DNA of 64,000 nucleotides from Candidatus Omnitrophota bacterium (GTDB lineage: Bacteria; Omnitrophota; Gorgyraeia; 1-14-0-20-64-10). Location of the stretch: the NCBI GenBank assembly GCA_023248155.1, contig JAHFFE010000005.1, positions 29,057-93,056 on the forward strand. Direction: 5' to 3'. Under the pieces are notes generated by a model, which searched no databases, was not told the origin of the DNA, and saw nothing but the letters and a program-made list of their open reading frames with translations. The position numbers and the translations under genes are program-made. This document shows positions 1 through 8,788 of this stretch, in pieces; positions within the stretch are counted from its first letter, which is position 1; each line of letters begins with the position of its first letter.

Positions 1-22
1 TGGCTGGTCTAATTTCATTCAG

Positions 23-3000
23 ATGGAATACAGCTGGAGGCTTTTTGCATTGGGAGGGGGGAATCATGTTTATCTAGCGATTTTCATCAACAATGCGATA
101 GACGCGATAGCGGATGAATCGGAAAGACGCGGAGAATCTTACCTGGGCAGAATCAATCTGCGCGCAGGTTCAACGGTTGAAGGATATTCTTTTATCGAAA
201 TCTCTGATAACGGTGCGGGTATCCCTCCCGAAATTCTTCCCGGGATATTTCATGAGGGGGTGAGTACAAAACCGAATGTCAATCTGCCTGAAAGGAGACG
301 ATTGGGAGGATTTGGGACGGCATTCGCGGGAGAGTTCTATTATGGCCCACACTTATTGAATAGGACCTCGGGATGGATTGAGATCGATACCCGAATGGCT
401 AAAGAGAAAAACTCACGTTTTGTAAAATACAGCCCCAGCTCCGGAACCTTGGCACCGTTGAATGTTTCAAGAGGAAGACGAACCGAGGTAGGGACATCGA
501 TCCGTTGGGTTTTTAGACATCTTCCCGCTGCCGGGCAGGAGGAGCGAACGCTTCCGGGTTCTTTTCGGCGGGAAGATTTAGCCAGTTATGACAGCGTGCT
601 TGAATTAGAGAGTCGGACTATTTTGGAAAAGCGTGCGCAGAAGGGATCAGGAGAACTGCTCTGGGTAGGAGGAACAGGGGTGGCTGGTTCCGGAAAGTCC
701 ACATTGTTCGACGCTCTCCATCAGAAACTGCAAGCGGCCGGAGCACATACCTTGCGATTGGGAGAGGATAATGTCGGTTTTTTTGATCTGACTACTCGAG
801 AAAGCTGGAAATCGTCCGAGCCAGTTCGCTGGAGAAATTATCGCGATTGGCTGCGCTGGGACAATATCCAAAAAACGCTGGACCAAATCCGTAAGGCAGG
901 CGTAGCGGCTGCCACGCAGGGTCCGCAAGCCATCTACCTGAAACAGATTTACGATCGTCCCTCTGGAACGGTGTCCGATCCGAAAGATCCCGTTTGGGTA
1001 TTCCCCGACACGATCGTGCTTTATGATGGAACCGCTCTTTCGGAAGGAGATCCGTATCCGCTGGGAATGTTCGACCACCTCATCCTTCTGGATATTTCTT
1101 ACGAGGCTAGTCTCAGGAATCAGATCGGCCGGGCAGAACGGCTGGGCCGCCAACCCGGACGAGTAGAGGAAATTACATCCCAGGTAAGTTTTCCTTTTTG
1201 GAGAGATACGGTTGCCAGAAATCATCCCGAAAGAGTAGCCCACTCCATTTATGACATGACCGATTTTAATCATCCCGTTCGCTTGAGTTATCAATCCGCA
1301 GGGCTGGAGGAGAATATTAAGAAGGTGGAAGGCAATCTCGCATTTGAGACCCATGTTTTGTCAGACCCCTTGTTTTTGGCTGTTTTCGGAGACGATTCTT
1401 CAGCCAACGTGATTCCATCGCCTGCGCTCATGAACAAGAGAGAACATGACCGCTCCAGCTTTCCGGGGTTCTCAGATATCCAGAGAGCGGTTGCTCAATC
1501 GTTGCCTGGAGCGGTTGAGTTGTTGGAGATTGCCAAGCGCGGGAATGTTATCGTGGCGAATGCTTCCAAACTTCTAGAAAATCCATCCGATCCTGAAATA
1601 ATTCCCGAAATTTCATGGGGAGGAACACGGGAAGAAAGGACTTTGAGGATTATTTGGGAGGAAAGACTGCATTTGCTGGACGACCGACTGGAATTGTCGG
1701 ACTATGAGAAATGGAAAAAGATAGGTAATGAAATATGGGCAACCAACCATCCGCGGGTGGTATCGGCCCGGAAAATAATTTTGGATTCCCGCAGGTGGCG
1801 CCCTCCGCTGGACAATGTAAAGATGATGTTTGTTGCGGCGGAAGTTCTGCCGCTCTTTTTTGTGGAGTTTCGAGATGAATTCTTCGAACAGCATGTTTGG
1901 CCTATTCTTCAGCAGGTTTTCAGTCCGGAGTCTTTGGAAGTGCTGCTCCGGCTTCGAGAAGAGAGCCGGCCTACTTCTGAGGAAATACAAAACCTTCTGA
2001 ATGCTGCCGCGGCAGTCAGCGCTCCTTCGGATTCCGCTGCTGGGCAGGAGGAAGATGTCAGAAAACCCGTCCGAGCATTCCTTCAAAAACAGCTGGGGCT
2101 CCAGGTGGAGGATTCCATCCTGGACAGGATTATTACCGATCCTACCCAAGGCAATGTTTCCACGCAGTTAGAACCATTAATTGAAACCCAGCTAAAAGCC
2201 GGTGATAAGGTCAGGGCAACGAAGCGAATTCCCGGGGTTGTTTCCCAGCTAGGGCCAATCATTAGTAAAGCAAAAAGAGAAGTTGCTGAAAAACAGGTCC
2301 AGAAAACCCGGCAAGAAATCGCTTGGGTTCGTAGTGTTGTTCTTCCTGGGATGCGGCAATTTTTTGAGGGAGGAGATCCGGCAGATCCTCTGGAATTTTA
2401 TCGGGCTGTCCGGGATTTTTCAGCCGCTGGAAAAGAATGGAAAGAGTTGGTCGATTCTTATTTGCGGCAGCTTCCTCCGCAACAATCGGGGATATCGCTG
2501 CAGGAAGAAGGATCTCTTTTTTCAGATTTTCTCAAATGGATGAACGACCGCTGGTTTATCACTCGGGGGCACCTTCTTTTTCCTGGCGATGCTGCACTCG
2601 TCAGCAATATGGGGGAGGTGATGGACTATTTAAAGATGGGCCGCATTGAGGAGACCCGTATTTATAACTATGCTGATCACGAAATTCCCGTTTATTTTGT
2701 CCGGGAAGATGAGCCCGTTGCTCACAATGTCACGCTGGCTGGCCATGGACATACCGGCTATATCTTCGTGCGCCACAGCGCTCTGGACGCGAAGAATGCC
2801 ATTCTGGAATCTATCGGCGCGCATGCAGACAACTTTTATCGGCTTTCCGATGCACAGATACGAGAAGAAGGGTACATTCCGGATATTTTTCGTCTGTCTG
2901 TCAAAGTGACCGGCAGTCTCTATCGGCGTATTGTTGCCAACCGTTCTACCATGCGAAACCACCTTCAGGAAAATCTGCTTTTTGAAGAGCTTCGCCACTG

Positions 3001-6000
3001 GATGGTTCATACCGCCATTGAAAATGCGGCCGGTTTCAAATTTTCTTCGGCGAACGACCAATTCTTTGAACTTTATGCACAACATTTATTGCGTCCAAAT
3101 GGAGTGCTTCGTTCTATTTTTAACAGTGCCGATGTTTTTCAAAGTCCTTTGGTAGAGTCACGCATGGAATTGGGCCTTGGAATTTATGAAGTGGAAGGAT
3201 CTTTTGGGCGAGCCGCCCAGTCTCTGGAAGATTTAGAATCGGTTCTCCAGGGCTGGATTGATATCTTTATCAATCTTGAAGATGTCGACGCCGGATACGA
3301 TCAGTACGCTTCGGACGCTGTTCTTGGGATCCGCCTTCTTGCAGACCAGTTAGGGATTTCAAATCCTTCGGAGCGATTGACCCCACAGAATTGGGATCAG
3401 CTTGATAAAAGACGGTTGGTTGAAATGGCTGGAGAGATCTACGAACGCTTGGAAGAGGCCTTCCAGGCATTGGGACTTCTTTCACAGGAAGAGTTTGTTA
3501 TTCCGCTTTCAGATGTGGCTACTCTTGTTTCCGAAAAGAAGATTTCTTCTTCTGCCGGGCAGGAGGAGGGCATTGAAACCATCCTGCTGATTGGCTCCGA
3601 TGAGGATGAGATAGCGCGGGTTCGGGGCATCGCCGAAGAAATTTTTCCTTACGCGGATATCCAGCAACTGCCGCTTCCGTTGCCAACCGCCATAAATTTC
3701 AGGCGACTCGATGTGGCGGTTTTGGTGGATTTCGATGAGAGCGCCAAAGAAACGCTGGCGCAGGCCTTCACGGCAAGGAAGATTGCCCATCTCATCGCGC
3801 CCGACCATTGGGATGAACGGCTGGAAGATTACGATCTGCGGGAAGCATTCGAAGGATTTCGTCCCAGCGGGCTGGAGGAAAAGGAAAACCCAGGACATTC
3901 GGCTTGGCTGCAAACAGACCGTTTGATTGATAATTTCCTTCGCGGGCACCCCGGCGGACCATTGACAGAAAAAGAGCTTGCCGCTGGGATCGATAGGCAT
4001 CCGCGGACCATGGCGAATCATAATTACAAAGATCGCGTTAGAGCGGAAAACACCCGGCGCGTTTCGCTGAATCCGCCGCTCCCTCCTATTTTCCTGGATA
4101 GAAGAGAAGTTATTATCACAGCGCTCCGGAAACATCCGGGCGGTTTTTTGACGGCCAAGCAACTTGCGAAGCTTACAACGTTAAGCACGACAGCGCTCGA
4201 CCATAACGGCTACAGGACACTCATCGATGAAGAAAATGCCGTACGGTTGAAGCGGGGTCCTTTCGTTATGCCGATTACTCTTACCGCCCGAAAGGCCATT
4301 ATCGCTGCTCTTCAGCGCCATCCGGGAGGGTCTCTTCGCTTGAACTGGTTAATTTCTCTCGCGAAGGTGGACCGAAAAACTCTCCGCAATCATGATTATC
4401 GAACGCTGATTAAAGAGGAGAACACGCGGCGCTCCCAACAAAAGCCGCCTCGGCCGGCCATCCAATTGCCCCGCGTTGGGAATCCATCCGTTGTTGTTGC
4501 CGCCGGGCAGGAAGAGCGGGTTTTGGAAACCCATCGGACTTCTTTTGAGATTAAGCTGGCGGATTTTGACGGAATCGAGGGAGGGATTTTAGTTGTAAAC
4601 GGGCAGAACCGATATTTTCGGTCAATCGAGAACCGATTTTTCCGCATTAACCTGGAGACAGGAGTTAGGTTGGAACCTCTTCCCAATAGGGATTTGCTGG
4701 CCGACATTCTGTTTGGATTGTCACAGCTTACCGCAGAGATGATGAACCGCCATCCGCCGCGATCAGTCGTTCAGATGGCACAAGAAAAAGGGCATGCGGT
4801 TGCGAACCCCTCAGTAGATATCACGCTGGACTATACGCCGACCCATGTCCTGGTTTCCGTAAATGGGGATAAAGCCTATCGAATTAATAGAAATCAGGCG
4901 GTTGACATCGAGTCTCTTCATGGGTTTGAGTTGGATAATGCGATAAAAGGAATGGTTGTGGCGTTTGCCATGGGTTCTATTGTTTTGGATGATGAGCTGC
5001 GCCCGCTGTTTCGGGGATTGAATAATACGCAGTTTTTCGCCAAGTTGCCCAGCGAAGTCCGTGCTGCCGGTCTGGAGGAGAATCCGGAGCCCACTGCGGT
5101 TCTGCCTTCTCAGGTTACTGGTTTTGATTTCGCAGGCCAGGATACGCCGGAACTTCAGCAGAGTAATGTGCTGGCGCTTCTTGAATTTCTTAAGGTGGAT
5201 GCGAACGGATTGGTTGTCAATGTTGGATCAGGGGTGCGGCCGCTCACCTTTGGGGATTCTTCTCGGCGCAAGCCGTTGAATCTGGATACGCAGCCATATG
5301 CGCGGCCAGCCGCCGATCGAGCCGGCGCGAACTATGCCGACGCGGATATCATTCAAATCGCCGGAGCGGCTTCTCCGGGGAATACGAATGCACTTCCCGA
5401 TGTTCTTTTGTTTTACCGGATGGGTTCGTTTGTCGATATCTATCATGGGCATAACGCTCAGAAATTCTGGCAGGCGGCATGGAAGCTCGTTCGTCCCGGG
5501 GGATGGATATTGCTGATGAATCCACCCAACCTGGAATTCCCCATCCAATCTCTGGATTATTCGTATCAGCAGGTGCTTTCTTCCCTGGTGTCCGGAAAGA
5601 AACCGTCGGAGGTACACGTCGTTTCACCCGATGGGACAATGGCGAATGCGTTGGCGATTGCTATTCGCAAGCCTGCTGCCGGGCAGGAGGAGAACGGTTG
5701 GCGGGATGTCGCTGGACGATTTTGGGGACGAGTCAAGGATTGGTTTGTTGCCAAACCGATTAATTTGGATGCGCGTCGCGACGCGATGAAGACGGGTGCT
5801 TCACTTGGATTATGGCGCCCGCCCGATCCGGCGGCAGTACCGCTGTTGACGCTGGATCAGGAGGGGCAGGTGGGTAATTTGATCCATGAAATCAATGTTG
5901 CGCGTTCTAATGCAGAACAAGGTCGAGGCGATCCCGCGTTTACATATGCTGCTGGCAAGACATTGATTTCCGCGCGGCAATGGGGTCAGGCACTGCAACG

Positions 6001-7879
6001 CTTGAAAGAAGAGGGAGTGCACCCAAGCCATCTCTCCAGAATTGAAACTGCATGGACCGCATTTGAGCGGATATTAGAGACCAAAGCGACTACGCCGACC
6101 CGCCAGCTTTTGTTGGAAGGTTTCCGAACCGGAATACGTGATCCGGAACATGCCTCTCTTTGGGAAATGGCGCATGTGCGTGCCCGTATTCTGAATCACC
6201 TCGGTGTTCCAGTGGACGGAGGGGCGGTTTATCACGATGCAGTCGCTCAACATATGAGCTTGGATCAATTAAGTCAACGATTGGCTGCACAGTACGCCGA
6301 CAGCGTTCCGTTGGTTGTCAGTGCGGGTGGGGAGTTGACTGCCCGGGGAGTGCCAGTTCAGTTGAGTGATTTGAGTTCTTTGTTGGGAAAATTATTGGTC
6401 AGAGAGGTATCCCCTGATACGGAAAGTCTCATGTTTTGGTCGGACAATCCGGCTAATGTGGTAGAAATTATAGGCGCGGAATCTGTTATTGGGGACTGGC
6501 ATGAATTAACGCTGCACAACGCTTTTATTGAAGCCAGAGAAAATGTGTGGCAGCGTCTGAGAAATCGATTCGGTCCATCGGCCCCGAAGCCCTGGCTTCC
6601 CTGGAACGCGTCTGAGTTTCCCAATGATTCAAATACTGTAACGGATTGGGAACAATTTCTTTATGATCGAGGAGAAGTGTCGGTTTTGTTTCATCGCCGC
6701 GAATTGTTGCGGTATGCCGTAAAAACTCGAATCGATGAGTTGAAAGCAGAAGGCCGTTGGAATCCAGCGCAATCGCTCGATGATTTGATACGCCGCATTG
6801 ATGAGATGACTCCTGACGAGGTAGAAGCGGGTATTCGAGAGGAGCAATCGGTTGTGGCTGCAAATATTGTAGAGCCGTTGGCTGCCGTTGAGCCAAATTT
6901 GGCCTGGATAACAAAGGATTCGCAACAGCCGTTGCGGCAATGGGCCGAATTGCTTTCCGGATTTGCGTTGTTGGAACCGGTAGTTTTACGCATAGAGGTG
7001 GGAGAAGCCGGTTGGCCCGTAATTAGATGGAGAAGTTCTCCCAAACAGTCATTCAGGACTTTAAGTTCCAATTCTGATTTGTATCGGGCGCTTAGTTCCT
7101 CCGGTTGGTTTCGGAATCTGAAATATCCCCGCTACAGCATTGGTATTGATCAGAGTGTTTCTGCTGAACGGCTGGAACAGGAGTTTGGCGAGACAAGCCA
7201 GTTATGGAGAACCACGGCAGATGAAGATGGTTTGATCCGTTATGATATTGCTCTTCGTGCCGGTCTGCCTGTTTACACCGCCGGGCAGGAGGAAAATCAG
7301 GTGCAGCCTCGACGGGAATTTTTACAGCGGGTAGGTCTGCCGGTTGGCTTGACGGCTCTTCGTTATTTTTCCGGACTATTCGTGAATGGAAATCCAAATC
7401 AAATGGTGGATGATCCGGAACTGGCTGGCCGGTTGAATATTGAAAAAGGCCGGAAGATAACGCTGGTTGCAAATGTCGACTCTGCTTTTGTTCAAACACC
7501 GAATCGGATTTTGGCGCAGCCAGGTGCGTTAATTCCACGCCAGTGGCAGGGAATTCCGGTAGAAGTTTTGCCACGAAACATCGAAGCGGCACGGATAAAG
7601 TTGGACGCGATCAATGCTGATGCGGCCGATGTCGCTCTGTTGAATTATTCGGTTGTTGGCTCTGAGGATATGACCGGATGGGATGAACTGCTGCGCTCGC
7701 GCGAAATTGCCGGATTGGCGCTATCGGAAGATAGCTTGAACAGCGTCAATACACTACTTCCAAGCGAACTCGCTACTTTACTGGGTGCCGTGCGGATGGC
7801 AGGTGGTCTGATGGTTCCGGTTGGAGTAGAGGTTTATATCCGCAGTACCGAAGAAAAACAGTTGTTGTTGGCCGCCTAA
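23..7879 (+). CDS. Giant multidomain protein, 2618 aa in the window and probably 5'-truncated at the window edge. It has an HK-type GHKL ATPase domain, a P-loop uridine-kinase-like domain, 3 wHTH-like repeats and a class-I SAM-methyltransferase-like domain, with a recurrent [AST]G[QL]EE motif.
   Basis: The ORF runs 7857 nt without a stop, and the frame stays open upstream to position 2. The N-box 'NNAIDA', the G1 box 'DNGAGIP' and a 'GGFGT' G2-like box indicate an HATPase_c domain. Walker A 'GVAGSGKST' lies at nt 678-704, followed by 'DHLILLDISYEASLRNQIGRAER', which resembles uridine kinase/PRK. 'VVNVGSGVRP' and 'LVRPGGWILLMNPP' resemble methyltransferase motifs I and post-I. Confidence 0.8.
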   Translation: MEYSWRLFALGGGNHVYLAIFINNAIDAIADESERRGESYLGRINLRAGSTVEGYSFIEISDNGAGIPPEILPGIFHEGVSTKPNVNLPERRRLGGFGTAFAGEFYYGPHLLNRTSGWIEIDTRMAKEKNSRFVKYSPSSGTLAPLNVSRGRRTEVGTSIRWVFRHLPAAGQEERTLPGSFRREDLASYDSVLELESRTILEKRAQKGSGELLWVGGTGVAGSGKSTLFDALHQKLQAAGAHTLRLGEDNVGFFDLTTRESWKSSEPVRWRNYRDWLRWDNIQKTLDQIRKAGVAAATQGPQAIYLKQIYDRPSGTVSDPKDPVWVFPDTIVLYDGTALSEGDPYPLGMFDHLILLDISYEASLRNQIGRAERLGRQPGRVEEITSQVSFPFWRDTVARNHPERVAHSIYDMTDFNHPVRLSYQSAGLEENIKKVEGNLAFETHVLSDPLFLAVFGDDSSANVIPSPALMNKREHDRSSFPGFSDIQRAVAQSLPGAVELLEIAKRGNVIVANASKLLENPSDPEIIPEISWGGTREERTLRIIWEERLHLLDDRLELSDYEKWKKIGNEIWATNHPRVVSARKIILDSRRWRPPLDNVKMMFVAAEVLPLFFVEFRDEFFEQHVWPILQQVFSPESLEVLLRLREESRPTSEEIQNLLNAAAAVSAPSDSAAGQEEDVRKPVRAFLQKQLGLQVEDSILDRIITDPTQGNVSTQLEPLIETQLKAGDKVRATKRIPGVVSQLGPIISKAKREVAEKQVQKTRQEIAWVRSVVLPGMRQFFEGGDPADPLEFYRAVRDFSAAGKEWKELVDSYLRQLPPQQSGISLQEEGSLFSDFLKWMNDRWFITRGHLLFPGDAALVSNMGEVMDYLKMGRIEETRIYNYADHEIPVYFVREDEPVAHNVTLAGHGHTGYIFVRHSALDAKNAILESIGAHADNFYRLSDAQIREEGYIPDIFRLSVKVTGSLYRRIVANRSTMRNHLQENLLFEELRHWMVHTAIENAAGFKFSSANDQFFELYAQHLLRPNGVLRSIFNSADVFQSPLVESRMELGLGIYEVEGSFGRAAQSLEDLESVLQGWIDIFINLEDVDAGYDQYASDAVLGIRLLADQLGISNPSERLTPQNWDQLDKRRLVEMAGEIYERLEEAFQALGLLSQEEFVIPLSDVATLVSEKKISSSAGQEEGIETILLIGSDEDEIARVRGIAEEIFPYADIQQLPLPLPTAINFRRLDVAVLVDFDESAKETLAQAFTARKIAHLIAPDHWDERLEDYDLREAFEGFRPSGLEEKENPGHSAWLQTDRLIDNFLRGHPGGPLTEKELAAGIDRHPRTMANHNYKDRVRAENTRRVSLNPPLPPIFLDRREVIITALRKHPGGFLTAKQLAKLTTLSTTALDHNGYRTLIDEENAVRLKRGPFVMPITLTARKAIIAALQRHPGGSLRLNWLISLAKVDRKTLRNHDYRTLIKEENTRRSQQKPPRPAIQLPRVGNPSVVVAAGQEERVLETHRTSFEIKLADFDGIEGGILVVNGQNRYFRSIENRFFRINLETGVRLEPLPNRDLLADILFGLSQLTAEMMNRHPPRSVVQMAQEKGHAVANPSVDITLDYTPTHVLVSVNGDKAYRINRNQAVDIESLHGFELDNAIKGMVVAFAMGSIVLDDELRPLFRGLNNTQFFAKLPSEVRAAGLEENPEPTAVLPSQVTGFDFAGQDTPELQQSNVLALLEFLKVDANGLVVNVGSGVRPLTFGDSSRRKPLNLDTQPYARPAADRAGANYADADIIQIAGAASPGNTNALPDVLLFYRMGSFVDIYHGHNAQKFWQAAWKLVRPGGWILLMNPPNLEFPIQSLDYSYQQVLSSLVSGKKPSEVHVVSPDGTMANALAIAIRKPAAGQEENGWRDVAGRFWGRVKDWFVAKPINLDARRDAMKTGASLGLWRPPDPAAVPLLTLDQEGQVGNLIHEINVARSNAEQGRGDPAFTYAAGKTLISARQWGQALQRLKEEGVHPSHLSRIETAWTAFERILETKATTPTRQLLLEGFRTGIRDPEHASLWEMAHVRARILNHLGVPVDGGAVYHDAVAQHMSLDQLSQRLAAQYADSVPLVVSAGGELTARGVPVQLSDLSSLLGKLLVREVSPDTESLMFWSDNPANVVEIIGAESVIGDWHELTLHNAFIEARENVWQRLRNRFGPSAPKPWLPWNASEFPNDSNTVTDWEQFLYDRGEVSVLFHRRELLRYAVKTRIDELKAEGRWNPAQSLDDLIRRIDEMTPDEVEAGIREEQSVVAANIVEPLAAVEPNLAWITKDSQQPLRQWAELLSGFALLEPVVLRIEVGEAGWPVIRWRSSPKQSFRTLSSNSDLYRALSSSGWFRNLKYPRYSIGIDQSVSAERLEQEFGETSQLWRTTADEDGLIRYDIALRAGLPVYTAGQEENQVQPRREFLQRVGLPVGLTALRYFSGLFVNGNPNQMVDDPELAGRLNIEKGRKITLVANVDSAFVQTPNRILAQPGALIPRQWQGIPVEVLPRNIEAARIKLDAINADAADVALLNYSVVGSEDMTGWDELLRSREIAGLALSEDSLNSVNTLLPSELATLLGAVRMAGGLMVPVGVEVYIRSTEEKQLLLAA

Positions 7880-7950
7880 AACCGCGCATTCTCCCCGCGA
7901 AATTGCCTTGCCCGGAACCTTCTTCCAGAGTACAATAATCTACTTATCCT

Positions 7951-8778
7951 ATGAATTTGAAGAGCTATTTGCACCAGCGCCAAAATCTGGTTAATAAGGC
8001 GCTGAATAGGTATCTTCCTTTACCGAAATCGGTCAAAGGGCCTGTTCATGAGGCGATGCGCTACTCCGTTTTAGGGGAGGGCAAGCGTATCCGCCCGGTT
8101 CTGGCTTTGGCTGCCTGCGAGGCGGCCGGCGGCACCGTTCCCCAGGCGATTCATGCCGCTTGCGCGTTGGAGATGATCCACGCCTATTCGTTGGTTCATG
8201 ATGATTTACCGGCGATGGATGATGACGATTTCCGACGGGGAAAGCCATCCTGCCACAAGAAATACGGCGAAGCGATGGGTATTTTAGCCGGCGATGCTCT
8301 GATGACATTTGCGTTTGAGTTGCTGACCCATTCGAAGGCGAAGCCGGCTACGCAGATTAAAGTAATTCGGGAGATTGCGCAGGCGATCGGTACCGAAGGG
8401 ATGATCGGCGGGCAGGTGGCCGATGTGGTGTTTGCTTCCGGCTCGAAAAAGGTCGATCCGAAAACGATGGATTACATTAACCGCCGCAAAACCGGCGCGT
8501 TGTTATCGGCGTCGGTGCGCGTCGGGGCTTTGCTGGGCGGGGCGAATGCAGCCACTTACCGGCGGTTTGCCAGGTATGGCGAGAATATCGGGCTGGTGTT
8601 CCAGCTGATTGATGACATTTTAGACAAAGACGGCGCGGTGCGCGGCTCCAGTGTGGAAGCGGTGCGCAAGCGCGCGGAACGATTAACCGACGAGGGAATC
8701 ACAGCGCTCAAGCCGTTCGGAAAACGGGCGGAACCGCTGCGGCAGTTGGCACGATTCCTCGTGACGCGAGGTTCTTAA
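7951..8778 (+). CDS. Polyprenyl diphosphate synthase (FPP/GGPP synthase family, IspA/CrtE-like)
   Basis: The first Asp-rich motif is 'LVHDDLPAMDDDDFRRGKP' and the second is 'FQLIDDILD'. Confidence 0.85.
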   Translation: MNLKSYLHQRQNLVNKALNRYLPLPKSVKGPVHEAMRYSVLGEGKRIRPVLALAACEAAGGTVPQAIHAACALEMIHAYSLVHDDLPAMDDDDFRRGKPSCHKKYGEAMGILAGDALMTFAFELLTHSKAKPATQIKVIREIAQAIGTEGMIGGQVADVVFASGSKKVDPKTMDYINRRKTGALLSASVRVGALLGGANAATYRRFARYGENIGLVFQLIDDILDKDGAVRGSSVEAVRKRAERLTDEGITALKPFGKRAEPLRQLARFLVTRGS

Positions 8779-8788
8779 AAGAGAAGCG

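Noticed and set aside
647-1354. A 235-codon antisense ORF inside the giant gene. Similar long antisense ORFs occur at 42437-43342 (301 aa), 49774-50478 (234 aa) and 57791-58534 (247 aa).
   Set aside because: They lie entirely within well-supported genes on the opposite strand in GC-rich DNA, where stop-free antisense frames are common. None shows a recognisable motif or RBS, so they were treated as shadow ORFs.
7880-7950. An intrinsic terminator after the giant ORF or a promoter for the polyprenyl synthase ('tacaataat' at 7930).
   Set aside because: No GC-rich hairpin followed by a T-tract was found. The -10-like hexamer is too close to the start codon, and no matching -35 is present.
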